Below are positions 1 to 12,869 of a DNA stretch of 62,000 bases, one piece after another. The notes below the pieces were generated by a model. That model was not told where the DNA came from. It did not search any database and was given only the letters and a program-made list of their open reading frames with translations. This DNA comes from Vicugna vicugna. Its lineage: Eukaryota. The stretch covers positions 310,001-372,000 of the forward strand of contig MU058153.1 of assembly GCA_013265495.1 (NCBI GenBank), written 5' to 3'. Numbering within the stretch: position 1 is the first letter of the stretch; the number at the start of each line of letters is the position of its first letter. The position numbers and the translations under genes were made by a program.

Positions 1-494
1 TAGGAATTGTTTAGAAACAAACTCAAAATAAGTTTTAAAAATATTTGTTAAAATCCTACTGTGTGCTTGGCATAACAGATAAAAAAGAATGAACTAAGTA
101 AAATTTACAAAAAATATGAAAGAAGAGCATGGTGTATCTCAGGAAAAAGAAGTAGTTTAATTCAATTAAAACAACACACAGAGAAAGAGTGGTAAAAGAT
201 AAAACTGTAAACCAAATACTTGGTGGATCATAAAAGTTCTCTATTTTCTCCTGAATGTCGTGAACTTTATTTTAAGCACCAGTGTGCTAAAATTAAATTT
301 CAGCTTTCTGGAGTCTTCCCTGATGGCTGTAAAGGGAAGAAACAAAGAAAAACTCAGTGGCTTGTCCTAAGACAGATGAAGATCTCCTTGAGAAGGGAAT
401 ACTTATGAAATGTGGGGTAAGGAGTAATTCAAAATGGAGTATGGTCAAGTAGAAAATACTGGTCTAGGTAGTGTATTATCCGTAACTACTGGTA

Positions 495-900
495 TTTCTT
501 TGATCCATTCTCATTCCAGCCAGAACTATCTTGTTAAAACATAGATCCAATCATTTCAACATCTGCATTGCACAGCCCCTGAAATTCTTCACTGATTTTC
601 TAGTGCTTACAGAGAAAAAAAAATTAAATTTCCTTAACAAGTTTTAAAAATCTCTACCCCATTTTGATAACCAGGTTTCTTCTTGCTTTCTGCCTTTCAG
701 TGACACTGCCTTTTATAAAGGCCCACACAGCAATATTTACTTCCACTACAAGGCTGCACAGGCTGCTTGCTGTTTGTGGAACTCCCTTCCCATCCTGGGT
801 ATCTTTTCTTGTAATTTAATGCCGAGCATTTCCCCTCCAGAGGTATCCTCTGGAAAACTTTCATTGGTTTCCCTTACTTGTGCAAATCCCCATTATTCAG
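495..900 (+). mobile_element. L2 LINE 3' region fragment (old, diverged)
   Basis: L2-like motifs (ccattctcattccagccaga...ttgttaaaac, ccagtgacactgcc-type, tgtttgtggaactcccttcc); boundaries approximate. Confidence 0.5.
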
Positions 901-908
901 TTTCATAC

Positions 909-1352
909 TGTGTTAGTCAGGGTTCTCCAGAGAAACAGAACCAGTAGGATATTGATATATGATAGATACATAGATAGGTAGACAGACAGATAGATAGAAA
1001 TTTAGAAAAAGATTTATTATGAGATACTGACTCACACGATTGTGGAGACTAAGTCCTATGATCTGCTGTCTGCAAGCAGGATGCCAGGGAAAGCCAGTGG
1101 TATAGTTTCAGTTGGAATCTCAAGGCTTGATAATCTGGACCACTTATGTCTGAAGGCAGGAGAAGATCCATGTTTGCCCTTCCTCAGCTTTTGTTCTATT
1201 CAGGCCCTCAGTGGACTGGATGGTGGCCACCACATTGGCCAGGATGATTTTCTTTATTCAGTCTATTGATTCAAATTCTTACCTCTTCTGGCATTACTCT
1301 CATAGAGACACCCTTAGTTCCTTCAAACTGACACACAAAGTTAACCATTACA
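909..1352 (-). mobile_element. MLT2-type ERVL solo LTR
   Basis: Begins tgtgttagtcagggttctccagagaaacagaacca and ends aaagttaaccattaca (reverse complement of MLT2 termini); internal (GATA)n tract ~955-1000. Confidence 0.85.
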
Positions 1353-1499
1353 GTATAGTTCACTTCATTTGTCTCCCATCTTTTAAGGATCAACATCCTT
1401 TAACTAGTCACTCTTCCTTCTCTTATACCATCAGTAGTTCTCTATAAAATTTTTAAAACATACATAAAAAGCACATTTCTCAATTAAAAAATAAAGAAA

Positions 1500-2676
1500 T
1501 CTCTCTATACTTTATAGTATCTTCTAATTACATGTCCATTTTTCTACTTTCCTTCACAGAAAAATTCCTCAGAGGAGTTTTCTACTCATTGTCTCAAATT
1601 TCTCCTTTCTCATCCTTTCTTAAATTCACTTCAGCCAGGTTGAAGCCCTAAACAGTCTTCCAAAATGGCTCTCGTTAAGGTAATGGCTGACAAATATCTT
1701 TCTAAAGACACAGGGACAAATGCCAGTCCTCATCCATATTTGACATGTCACCAGCAGTTAGGACATGATGACCAGTCTTTCCTCCATGACACCATTTCTT
1801 CACTTATATTTCAGGGCCCTACATTTTAGTGATTACCTCTTTCTTAGTTGAAGGCAGTCTTCTCAATCTTATTTTCTGGCTTCTCTTTATCTCTGTGTCT
1901 TAATAAGTAATTGCCTAAGGAATCAGTCTTTAAACCTCTCTTGGATTCATCTACACTCCCTCCCATGGTGGTTTCATCCATTCCTGTGCCTTAAATACCA
2001 CCTATATGCTCATCAGTCTTACGTTTTAATATGCTAAGCCCAGATCTGACTGCTGGACTTTTGAGTCATATATCAACTAAAAAGTCAATATGTTTGCTTG
2101 TATTTCAAAGAGAAATCTCAAACTTAAAAATTAGATTCTTATCTCTCAACCTAAAACCTGCCCTTCTTCCAGTCTTCCCTATTTCAATTAATTACAGAAT
2201 CGTCATTTTATCCACATGGTTCTTAAACTCTGGGGTCATACTTAACTCCTGTCTCTTATAGTCGTATGCCACATATTCCATCAATTAGCAAAGTCTCTTG
2301 ACTCTACCCTAAAAACATATCCAGAATCTGGCCGATTCTAGTTATGTCCCCTGCTCTCACTGTGGACAAACCTACTATCATCATCATCTCTTGTACAAAT
2401 TACTGTAATTGCCTTCTACCTGGTCACTATGTTTCTATTCTTTGCCCTATTTTGTCTTCTAAACCGAACAGCTAGAATGATCTTAAGAAAAGTAAGATGG
2501 AGTTATGTTTGTAGGGAAAGTTCTTCAATGGTGTCTCATTACCCTAGAAATAAAGACAGAGATCTTAAACCTGCGAGACCCTACACAATCCATCCCTCTG
2601 CTGACTCTTCGTTCTAATTTCTTGATTTTCTTTTTCTTTGATTCTGCTTCAGTCACAGTGGTCATCTTGCTGTGAC
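1500..2676 (+). mobile_element. L2 LINE, decayed RT-encoding and 3' portion
   Basis: Decayed L2 motifs in order: cttcagccaggtt...aaaatggctctcgttaaggtaat (QSGF..STETAL.KV equivalent), ccttaaataccacctatatgct, atccagaatctggcc, cagctagaatgatc, cagtcacagtggtc. Confidence 0.75.
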
Positions 2677-3624
2677 ATTTTTCTTTCTTTTCTTTTTTTT
2701 TTTTTTTTTGGCTTTTTAAAACTAGGCCCTTTCTCAATATGGGAGTTCTTGGTACAAACAAAATAAGCTGCCAGGACGTAGTTAATTAACTAAAATAGGG
2801 GCTTCTATTCTAGTTGGTATCTAAATTGTTAAGGATCTAGGAAGGGAGTACCTGTAAGCCTATGCTTTGTTGCGTAAAGTAGACCAATCCAAAAGAGGAC
2901 CGGTTAATGGACATAAAAATTCCCATGATCCCTTCCACTTCCTTGCTACTGCATCTACAGAAGCAGGACAGGATCCTTTTGAGCTGACAGATCTGAAATT
3001 GATGATTTATTGGTATCTCGCTTAAGACTGTTTCAGGAATTCAGAAGTGCTCGGTTGGTAGGTAGAAGTTATTATATAATGTGTTTTGGAAAATATTGAT
3101 TCTCTCCCTTGCTCCAATCTTACTGAATAAGAAAGTCTGTGTGGCGGAGCTAGTGAATCAATGTTTTAAAGACATTATTGTACAATTTCTATACTTATCA
3201 AGGTGTAGTCATAGCTGCAAAAAGAAATTCCCTGGCGATCCTTAAAAAAGTGCTAATAGGCTTAAGAAATCTGTTTTAATAGGCAGCAGGATTGAGAATC
3301 CATGGTCACACAGAGTTAGAGATCAGTATTTGTGGAATGAATAAAATGAGTAACAACTGATTTAAGTGTGAATTATTACATACTTAGACTCCTTGACAAT
3401 TCAGTTATGTTCCCATTCTCCTTTGTGCTCTTTAGTTCCTCACTATGAAGGAAAGACTAAAAATTAAATTCCTTACTTCACATTCAGGTTGGGAAAGTCC
3501 TCATTACCTCTTGTCTGCAATTTCTGCCCTTTTTTTGCTATTCCCTTTTTACTAAGGCCAAAGTTACCTTCTAGAACTCAATCAATTATATGTGCGTATT
3601 TTAACACTTACATTTCTCTTTATT

Positions 3625-4130
3625 AATCTAGAACCTTTTGGTTGTAAGTGAGAGAAACTCAACCCAAAATCAGAATAAATGAAAAAAATACATATTTTTA
3701 AAATTGGACAATGTAACAGATCTGAATCTAGGATTCCATAGGATTCTATTTATTTCCAGTTTTTAGCCTAATTTCTTACTTTTGCTTAATTCTTCCTTGC
3801 AGTCCCAGGTCTGCTTTTTAGCAATTTAGCATCTGTGGTAACCCAAGCAAAATTTCCAAGATTAACCCAGATACTTAGCTTGAATCATGAGTTTGTCCCT
3901 CAGCCAGACTAGAGCCAGAAGGATGAGATAATTTGACTGGTCAAACACGTACCTCTTATGATTGTGCATTTTTCTGTTTTTGAGAGTATTTATATAAGTT
4001 TTCACCACCCAAAACATGTACATTGAGATTGGCAAGGGAATGGTTCCCCAAAGGAAAGAAAAAAGAGGGCTTTTATCAGGAGAAAGAAGGAAAATTGAGA
4101 AAGAAGGAAAATTGAGAGCAGAGCAAATGG
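3625..4130 (-). mobile_element. Old MaLR LTR (MLT1K/L-like) fragment
   Basis: ttttggttgtaagtgagagaaactcaacccaaa terminus motif and ggttccccaaaggaaa internal motif; highly diverged. Confidence 0.4.
4080..4113 (+). repeat. 17-bp perfect tandem duplication (GAGAAAGAAGGAAAATT x2)
   Basis: Directly visible: 4080-4096 and 4097-4113. Confidence 0.9.
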
Positions 4131-5002
4131 CACAGCAGGATATATTCAGGATGATTTAATTAAAGTGTTTTGCTAGTCTAAAAACCAATACTGCTTGTGC
4201 CCTATTTACCTCTGTGTCCCTGAAGGTCATTACTTCTCCTTCTGTACCCAGTATTTCAGTCACACTGGGCTACTTGTTACTGGAACATGCCATACTCATT
4301 TATGTCCCTTTGCAAATGGTATTTCTTATATCAGGAATACCTGCCAAATTTCTATTCATTTTTTGAGGTATATCTTTCAATTATCTATTGCTGTATAGCA
4401 AACAAGTTGTGAAGGGTTAACTTAGCAAACAGATTTCTCTATTTCGGGAATTCTTAACTTTTGCAATTTGCTTATGTGCATTGTAAACCTCTGGTGATAA
4501 GGCTAAGGAAGTTGGGTAGAGGATGGGGAAGGTTATGTAACAGAGCATTTCCTAATGTACTTGTCTTGAAACTTTTTAGGGAGCAACTTTGAGGATAAAT
4601 ATTCCATAATACATGCTTTTTAAAACCTTGCCTAAACATTTTTTTTTATAAACCTCCAACAGTTCACTTTGATTGTCAATTTATATATTGTACTGTGAGC
4701 TCTCCAATCATAGGAATTTGGGGTTATTTTGTCATTTTATGCTCAACCATCACAGGGCCTAACACATAGTAGTCTTGTAGTAAATGTTTCAGGAAGAAAG
4801 AGATAAAAAAAAAAAGAGAGAGTAGGGAGGAAACAGTTTTAAAATCTTCATAATGTAAGCCCAGCCTCAGTATATCCAGTCTGACCATTTATACAATGCC
4901 CAATGTATTTGTTAGAATCCAATTGTTCTGTGCAGATGCTACAGGGGGATTTTATCATGATTTCAGATAAGCTAGAACCACATAGCTCCTGAGTATTTCC
5001 AT

Positions 5003-5499
5003 TGTAACGGAAAGAACAATAGCCCCTGAATGGTGTCCATGACGTAATCTGGAACGGGTAATAGTTAGCTTACCCAGCAAATGGAATTAAAGTTGCAGTT
5101 GAAATTAAGGTTGCTGACCTAAAAATAAGGAGATTATTTTGGATTATCTGGGTGAACCCAGTGTAATCACAAGAGTTCTTAAAAGTGCAAAAAGGAGGCA
5201 GAAAAGAGAACCAGAGCAATGAAGTGTAGGAAGCACTCAGCCATATGTTGCTGTCTTTGAAAGTGGAGAAAGGAGGCAATGAGCTAAGGATGTGGATGAC
5301 CTCTAGGAGCTGGAAAAAGCAAGGAAAGGAATTCTCCCCTAGAGTCTCCAGAAGGAACACAGCTCTACTGGTACCTTGATGTAAGCCTTGAGACTCATTT
5401 TGGATTTCTGACCATCAGAATTATAGGATAATAAATTTGTATTGCTTTAAACTATCAAGTTTCAGGTAATTTGTTACAGCAGCATAGAAAACTAATAAA
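5003..5499 (+). mobile_element. MaLR solo LTR (MLT1C/D-like)
   Basis: tgtaacgg..aatagcccc start; attaaggttgctgacct, gattatctgggtgaaccc, gaattctcccctagagtctccagaaggaac; end ttgttacagcagcatagaaaactaata. Confidence 0.85.
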
Positions 5500-5939
5500 C
5501 TCATGGATGATTGCCATATTTTCTGCTTGACTAGTGAATAAAAAGAAATTATGTAGACGCAAGAATGGTGCAGCCCAGGCTTCACTTAATTTATTTTAAT
5601 AGATTCAGTTTTAATTACCTTGATGCTACCCTGTAGTATGTTAGCAAATACACCGTAGTCCATTTGTAAAACTGACTAATCTATATTAATGATGCTCTCA
5701 GTATGGTATTTGGTTCTGGGCTAATTCCACTATAGGAAAGCATGCATGAATATTTGTGGGATATGGAAATGGTTATTCTTTAGGTTATATAATTCTGAGA
5801 AACATTGTGCTTTGAAGATGATTTGCAGCTTACAGAAGCAGAGCACTGTTTTATGAGAAAAAAAGCGTTACAAAATATGAGAATTTTAATAAAATATAAA
5901 TAATTCATCCAAAGACTGTTCAGTTATTTAAACTTTCTT

Positions 5940-6740
5940 TCCTCAAGTAGATAATAAGCATCTCTGCATCTGTCATGGTCTCAGGTAGTGGGGCTACACT
6001 GGTGAGTTAAGCATGGTCACTTAAGGTCCATCTCTATTACTGGAAGAAAATGACAAGTAAAAAATTAATATTGAATCAATATGAATGATGTTCTAATAAT
6101 ATTTACAAAGTATTATAGAGCAGATGAGAGTTTATCTTACTTTTAAGAAAATATCTTTAAGATGCCAGTAGTATTACATTGTACCTTTAAAGTATTCAAA
6201 TTAATAAGTTAGAAAAGTAGAATCCAGGAGGGGGAGAAGACATGTGAAAATATTTATATGTCAAAAAATCCAGCTGGTTGAGAAGTGCAAATGAATTTGT
6301 GGCATTGGGATAGAGGCTATGCATGGAGGATGAAGCACAGTGGAAAGGAAGGAGCATATTGAAAGATTTCCCTTGAAAACCACGCAGGAACTAAGAATGT
6401 GAAGGTCCTTGTAAACATACCAAGAATGTGGGATTTCATCCTAAAGGATGTGGGAAGCACAGAGTTTCTAAGCAAACCCATAATAGCAAATTTTCTTTAA
6501 AGAAATCTAAAGATGTGTGGATGATGAATTGGAGAGATGTTATTAAAATCAGAACAACATAATGGAAGTTGAAAATAGGAAGGTGGTGATTGTTTGAGGT
6601 TGTGTGGAGATTAGAAAATTGGGTGACGCTTAATGGGCAGGTTCTGTAATTTTGGTGATTGAGGAAAAGTGGAATAAAATCCTAATTCTGATAGTAATGG
6701 TTTAGGCAACTAATGAAACTAGCCTTCCTTATTCAGATAT
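5940..6740 (-). mobile_element. L2 LINE fragment
   Basis: Purine-rich antisense L2 motifs (gaaggtccttgtaaacataccaagaatgtgggatttcatcctaaagga, gtgtggatgatgaattggagag). Confidence 0.55.
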
Positions 6741-7755
6741 CATAATAAGAAAACTATGTATATCACTTATCATGGTTAGGATTATTTCTGCTGACACTAA
6801 TAGAAAATACAACTAAAAGTTGTTCTCAGAAATAAGGAAAAATATAAAGTCTCACATACCTAAAGTTGCAATAAAACTTTGAAGAGGCTTGATGTGGTAA
6901 GTCAAATAATATGATTCCAAAACAGTTTATATCTCCCTTCAACACTGCTTACATTGTCTTTTTGCTTATATTCATTCAGAGCACGCCTTCAGCGAATATT
7001 TTTACATGGCAATACTTCTTAAAAATGTGTCTTAAGGATTGTTCTGAATATTTCACCAAATTTAGATATTAAAATTATGTTCTTTTCAATTCCATTCCTT
7101 CACAGAGTAAAATACAATTGATAAAAATTAAAAGATCTCCATGAATATATGCTTTCCAAAGTTTAAATATTATAAAACTATAGAATTTAAATGTTGAATC
7201 CTGTATCCTACTTGAACTCACAATTAATTTACTCAAATCCACTGTTACTTTTATAGGAATAAATTTCGAGATTTCCCTGTCAAGCTTTGTTTTGAGTAAT
7301 TGCAGTTCATTAAATCTTAAGAAGGTGAAAGTTTCTGCTCTTTCATATCTGGAATAAATTGATTAAAGATTTTTATGATTTTGAATAGAATGCAACCAAA
7401 ATTTAAAGACCTTGGTTATTAAATAAGTTCAATATCATTGTAGAACACTTAAATTGATTTTCAAGTAATTCCTGAAATGTTTAAACATTGCTAAAATCCA
7501 ATTGATGATGTCAGAAAAGAGGAAGCACAAATAAATTCATGTTGAGTTGTGTTTTAATGCAACATCAACTTAATTATATACACACAAAGATTATATTTAA
7601 GTTTTTCTATCTCTGTACATATTTACAAATTCTGACTACAGTTTATTTCAGTGAAATGATTAAATCTGTGTGCCACAAGAAATTCTAAGTACATTTCTTG
7701 GTCAATAGGTTTTTTACTAGAAGATTGTTGTTTTTACCATAACACTGTAACAAAA

Positions 7756-8013
7756 TTAGTATTTCATATTTTTATCATTGCAAAACCAAAATATTTTATC
7801 TCCAATGTTGAATATTTTAACAGCATTCACACTGCTGCTTTCTTGAAAATGAACTTGTAAAACTACTTTGATTCTATGAATTGGATGAAAAAAAGTCGAA
7901 CCGTTATTGAAATTAACTGATTTTCCACTTGAAAGATGTGCTAACACTGATAAAAGACTTTCATCGTTCAGCTGTTTGTGAAGTTCTTCTGTTAATGAAA
8001 TGAACACTGTCAT
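7756..8013 (-). pseudogene. Residual open frame of hAT transposase (85 aa)
   Basis: Provided ORF translation resembles the hAT transposase catalytic-region N-terminal part; flanked by disrupted continuation. Confidence 0.6.
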
Positions 8014-8231
8014 CTATTCCTTCACTTTTCCTACCTACCCAAGAAAATTTGGATATATATTCACTTAGAAAAAGTCAATAGATCTATGTGAAAAGTCATA
8101 TTTTGTAGTATGATATATTAATGCCCCTTGGGAAGGTGAATACATTTTTTATTTCTAGTATAGTCCAGTTTATTTTTTTATTCTTATATGGTCTTTTATT
8201 TTTAATTTAATTTTATTTTTATCTATCAATA

Positions 8232-8354
8232 TTTTTTAAGTGAAGTATAGTCAGTTTACAACTTTGTATCAATTTTTGATGTACAGCATAATAGTTCAGT
8301 CTTACAGATATATACATATATTTGTTTTCATATTCTTTTTCATTATAGGTTACT
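8232..8354 (-). mobile_element. 5'-truncated lineage-specific L1 3' end, nested in the hAT fossil
   Basis: ttttttaagtgaagtatagtcagtttacaa...gtacagcata..cattataggttac is the antisense artiodactyl-type L1 3' terminus. Confidence 0.75.
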
Positions 8355-9379
8355 ATATTCTTTAAATAAATACTGATGCATCTTCTGCAGATCTGTGTCC
8401 TCTAGCTTTTCTCTCCTGAGAGTAGATGATGACATCAATTAATTTTTTATTCAAGTTAAACTTTTATCAGCTTTTTGAGAAATGAAACCCTGGAAGTGAA
8501 TTTTTAAAAGTAGTCATGTCAAATGATTTATTGCAAAAATAAAGTACTTCCAAACAATAAATTAGATAAATATAGATACACAACATTCAATCAATATCAA
8601 AGTCACTTTACCAGAACACTGAGAATACAGTTTTTGATAGGACTATACAGCTACTACTTCGTGTACATTTTTCAAATACACAGCAACCTGTAATTTCACA
8701 GTAACCTGAGTAACTGGAGGTTTTATGGATTCAGGATCTCAAAGGTCATGGCACAAATCCTGACATAAATGGCTAATATTCCAAGTGGCCAGCAGGGGCA
8801 ACTGAGTCAAAGACTTCTACTACTACTTCCACCCTTTAGACCTGGAAAATGTAGCTATTTTTCTACATGTTCTCTTATAATCATTTTTTATCGGAAAATA
8901 TTTTGCATTCTGCTCTCAAAAGGGAGATGTTATATCTGGAAAAGAAGACTGAAAAAAAGACTGTCTTCCAGATGGCCATGTATTAAAGTTAGAACTCTGT
9001 TCATTGCACATGAGTTTCATCCATTATTATACAAGATCATGGCAGGAGCTGAAAGTAAAATTTTAATGCAACTATTGTTAATAATGCATTGCTAAAAAAT
9101 GAAAAACCTAGGATAAATGTGAACAGAACAGGACTCGAGACAATAGGCATATATTTCAGACAAACTTGGATATATGTTCACCCATATATTATGACATTGC
9201 TGTGAACAGCAATTCAGATTATGTATGGAAAACACATTGCAAAAGTTAAACAATAAAAACAAAACAAACACTAAACTTCATATTTATGTTGAAAATGGGT
9301 ACTTTTGCTGTTTCCATTGTGCTAATATGATTCAGATCTCAAACTTCCTGATCAGTTCACACAGTGTACAGGCAAGAGC

Positions 9380-9590
9380 GTGTTAAGGGAGTTTTATAGG
9401 ATGGAATCAAAATCCGACTCTGCCAACTACTAGTTCTGTGACCATCAACACGTAAACTACTTTTCTGAAATTCAGTATATTTTCTCATAATAATGAGATG
9501 ATGCTACTTCCATTATAAGTGTTCTTTATGAGGATAATGTGAGTTCACAATAGCAAAATGCTAATATTGTTGTAGGAGCTCAATTTAGTT
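9380..9590 (+). mobile_element. MIR SINE
   Basis: Core-like: ctctgccaactactagttctgtgacc...ctcataataatgagatgatg...atgaggataatgtgag. Confidence 0.65.
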
Positions 9591-10019
9591 TCCTTCTGCG
9601 TGTCCCTCTTCCTTCACTTCACTTTTATATCAAGAATCTGATATTTCCCACTCACCTACCCACCCACCCACATTTAAAAGGCTAAATTAGGGATAGTAAC
9701 TATCTAAAGTCTCCTTTCTCTAATTTTTACTGGAATGGGGACCCATGTGGGTGCTGGCAAAAGGATTTATAGTCAGTTAGTACTGAACATAACACTTGGT
9801 GGATTCTGAGGAAGAAATGAAACTATTTAAAGGTCTTATGGTACATTTTAGATTCTGGGACTCCCACTGTGAGTATTGGCAATGTCAGGGAGTTTTTTTT
9901 TCCCCAATTGTGGGCATGAGGAGGTAGGATATCAGTTTAAAGAAAGAAAATACTGTGTGTTCAAATATCATAAAGTGACCCTTTTAAGAAACAGTCAAGA
10001 AAGAGCCAGTAACAGTTCC

Positions 10020-11090
10020 TTTATGTTTCTCCAAAGACTGATTTTTGTTGAATCTAAATGACTTTGTAACATACATAACAAGTTGCCACATATATATGAA
10101 TAGCTCATAAAAAATGTTACATAGAATAACTTAAATAAAAAAACAAGGGTTATGAATAGGTCATTAATAGAAGAGGAACCTGAAAATGTCGTTAAACATG
10201 AAGAAATTTTCAACTCACTGATCTAGGAATTGCAAACATGAGGCAAAAATGAAATACACAAATATGACACACCATTTCATACCCATCAGATAAGCAAAAA
10301 TTAAGTTTGACTATAGCAAGTGCTGACAAAGATATGAGAAAATGGAATCACAAAATGATGTTAACACTTTGGAGAGCAATTTGACAATGCTTCTTAATAA
10401 AATTGTCAATGTGCAACCGTATGTGCAACCTAACAGTTGTACTTCTGGAATTATATCCTATAGAAATACTCAAAAATGTGCAATAGGAGACTTGTGCAAG
10501 GATATTTATGGCACCACTGTTAATAATAGCAAAACACTACAAATGAACAAAATATAATACTGGAAAAATGAAATACGATATATTTTTCAATTCAACATTT
10601 GACATCAATTAAAAGGAGTGAACTAGACTTCTTTATAACATAGATCATCTCAAAAACATAAGTTTTGAGGAGAAGAGGCAATTTGAAGAATGATACATGG
10701 AATAAATATATATGCAAATTTAAAACCATAGATAATACTATAAATGGATCTATATAAATGAATGTTGTCTATGTACCCATCTATATCTATCAGGAATTGT
10801 TATACATTCATAAATTTATCCATCTTTCTCTCAATCCATTAATATATCCATCTGTATTTTTAAATGTACTAGAATAATACATATCAAATTTATAAACATG
10901 GTTGCCTGGGGATAGGAAGGAAGTTTGCTGGAATGGAATGGGAGATAAAGCAAAGTACATTTTAATTTCGTTTATAATGAGTATCTTTTCATAATTTAAG
11001 AAAAGAAATGAAGCAAATTTTACAAAATATAATTATTGTCTATTTCAGGTGGTATGTATAGTTACACCCTTCTTACATTTTGTTTTAATC
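10020..11090 (+). mobile_element. Old L1 (L1ME-like) ORF2 end plus 3'UTR
   Basis: accatttcatacccatcaga, caagtgctgacaaagatatgag, actttggagagcaatttgaca, acttctggaattatatcctatagaaa, tggttgcctgggg. Confidence 0.75.
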
Positions 11091-12489
11091 TTCTTTAATA
11101 TTTGTCCAATAATAATGTTCTAGATGAAAGAATTAAATACATGTAATTGTAGAATTTTAGCCCTTGAAATCTGAATGTGTTTTTATTGACTAGAAAAAGC
11201 AAATATGGTCATTTGTTTGTAACATCTGTAGTGGGCTGTGAAACAATTCATAAAGGAATGAAATTTGGCATTTGTCTAGAGGACCCAGATCTACATAAGC
11301 CTTGCCCTGTTAATTATATCTTCAGGGAGAGAAGTGGCTCTGAGATATGAAGTAATTATGGAAGATCAGAGGTAGAGGAGAACTCAAGAAACAATCCAGG
11401 AAGTTCCTGTCATTTGAGCGAGGAAGAGACTGAGGTCCATGCAGGGGCAGCAACTTGGCAAAAATTACGTATTCTCATTAGTGGCAGTCAATTCTCTGAA
11501 TTTCTAGTTGAGCGCACCACAGAGTTACAGGTGCTCCTTCTGGGAACCCAAATTACTTTTTCCTGTTCCAGTCACTTTTGCTTCTGGGCAAAGGTGATGA
11601 AATCAGAAGCAATGCCAATTAAGCCATTTCTGCATTCTGCCCTGAGCCAAATAGCAGGGGTAGGGATCTACCTCAGGGTCTGGACTTCCATCTATAAGTT
11701 GCTAGGTCAGCTCATGTGACACACCCTGCTCCCCCTTGTCCTTACATCGCCACGCCAGCTGTGCTTCCTTGGCTTCGGCTTCCAGCTCATTGATTTCAGG
11801 AAAATCCAGGGGGCAAATTTCCTTCTTGAGAGATGCAATTTTACAAGGCTTTGAAGGCTTGTAAGGGCCTTATTAATAAAGGCTGGAATTAATTAAAAGA
11901 GAAGGTCAAGGCAGCTTAACCACCTATTGCTCTGGAAGGACAATGTGGCACCAAATGAGTGATTGTTATTGATTAAGCATTTTGATTGCCTGCTTGGACA
12001 GTCAATCAATACTAAAGAGTCAGTTTCTTCAAAATATTAAACAAAATGAAGACAAAGATTTTAGCTTGGAGCCTGCATTCCTAATGTTTTGCTAAAAGTT
12101 AGCTAGAAAACTCTTTGCATTCAGGTGAATTGCAGGAGAGTAAGTGAAGGAGGAGTGATGGATTATTGAGCTGCTTGAAAAGCAATAGTTGCTGCCTGTG
12201 GCTCTTGTAATTCACTCTGGAAACATGTATCCTGAGGCTTGTGGTAAGAGTAGATCAGATGTAATGGGTATTTTTTCATAATTGGAACGTAAGGGATATT
12301 TTTCTTCCAATTAAGGACAGAAAAGCAACTCCCTATTGAAGAATCCATTTCAAACATTAAAGGAACATAGTGTTTTTCTCATTTTATGATTGAAAATAGT
12401 CCAGCAGTTCTAAAAACAGTGCATCCAAGGTATAATAGAGAGGTCGAGGTAGAACTGAAGGATTATGTTAATTTCTACCCTGAAAAGCA

Positions 12490-12679
12490 AGAGCTAGCAT
12501 TTATATGGTGCTTAGTAGGGGTCAGGCAGTGTTGACTCATTTAATTCTCACAATAAATCTCTGAGGCAAGTGTTAGTATTATCCTCCTTTTATACATAAG
12601 AAAGCGATGATTTGCCCGATGTTACTCAGCTAATAGAGCTAAGATTTGAACTGAGGAAGTCTGTTCCTAACCACTAGGC
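12490..12679 (-). mobile_element. MIR SINE
   Basis: agctagcatttat...ctcatttaattctcacaat..ctctgaggcaag..tattatcctccttttatacataagaaa...gatttgaact. Confidence 0.75.
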
Positions 12680-12869
12680 TAGTAGTTTTCTGATTTTAAC
12701 ACACATCAGAGTCATCTGGAGGGCTTGTTAAACCACAGAATGCTGGTCTCCAACCCCAGAGTTTCTGATTTAGTAGGTCTAGGGTGGGACCCAAGAATTT
12801 GAATTTCTAAACAAGATTCAAATTAATGCTGTTACTCCTAATCTAGGATTCAGGCTTTGAGAACCACTG
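12680..12869. mobile_element. MER5A-like hAT-Charlie MITE
   Basis: catcagagtcatctggagggcttgttaaa..ccccagagtttctgatttagtaggtctagggtgggacccaagaatttg..tttgagaaccactg. Confidence 0.85.

Larger units (their letters stand above)
6950..8710 (-). mobile_element. Fossil hAT-superfamily DNA transposon carrying decayed transposase coding sequence (possibly Blackjack-type; subfamily uncertain)
   Basis: Minus-strand peptides ELHKQLND..FFHPIHRIKV..FCNDKN (ORF 7756-8013), NTNF..GKNN, RNVLRISCGTQI (degenerate hAT CxxH region) and INWILAMFKHFRNYL; many frameshifts and stops. Confidence 0.7.

Noticed and set aside
2880..3050. Short minus-strand peptides (F*IPE, DPVLLL, SWEF) loosely recalling bornavirus L protein
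   Set aside because: Recalled from memory only; the peptides are in three different frames with wrong spacing, so this is chance-level without a real search
2710..3080. NUMT (mitochondrial insertion)
   Set aside because: Lacks mitochondrial strand asymmetry and any recognisable mitochondrial gene sequence
11800..11820. CTCF-like CCAGGGGGCA
   Set aside because: The 5' part of the CTCF core is missing; too weak to call
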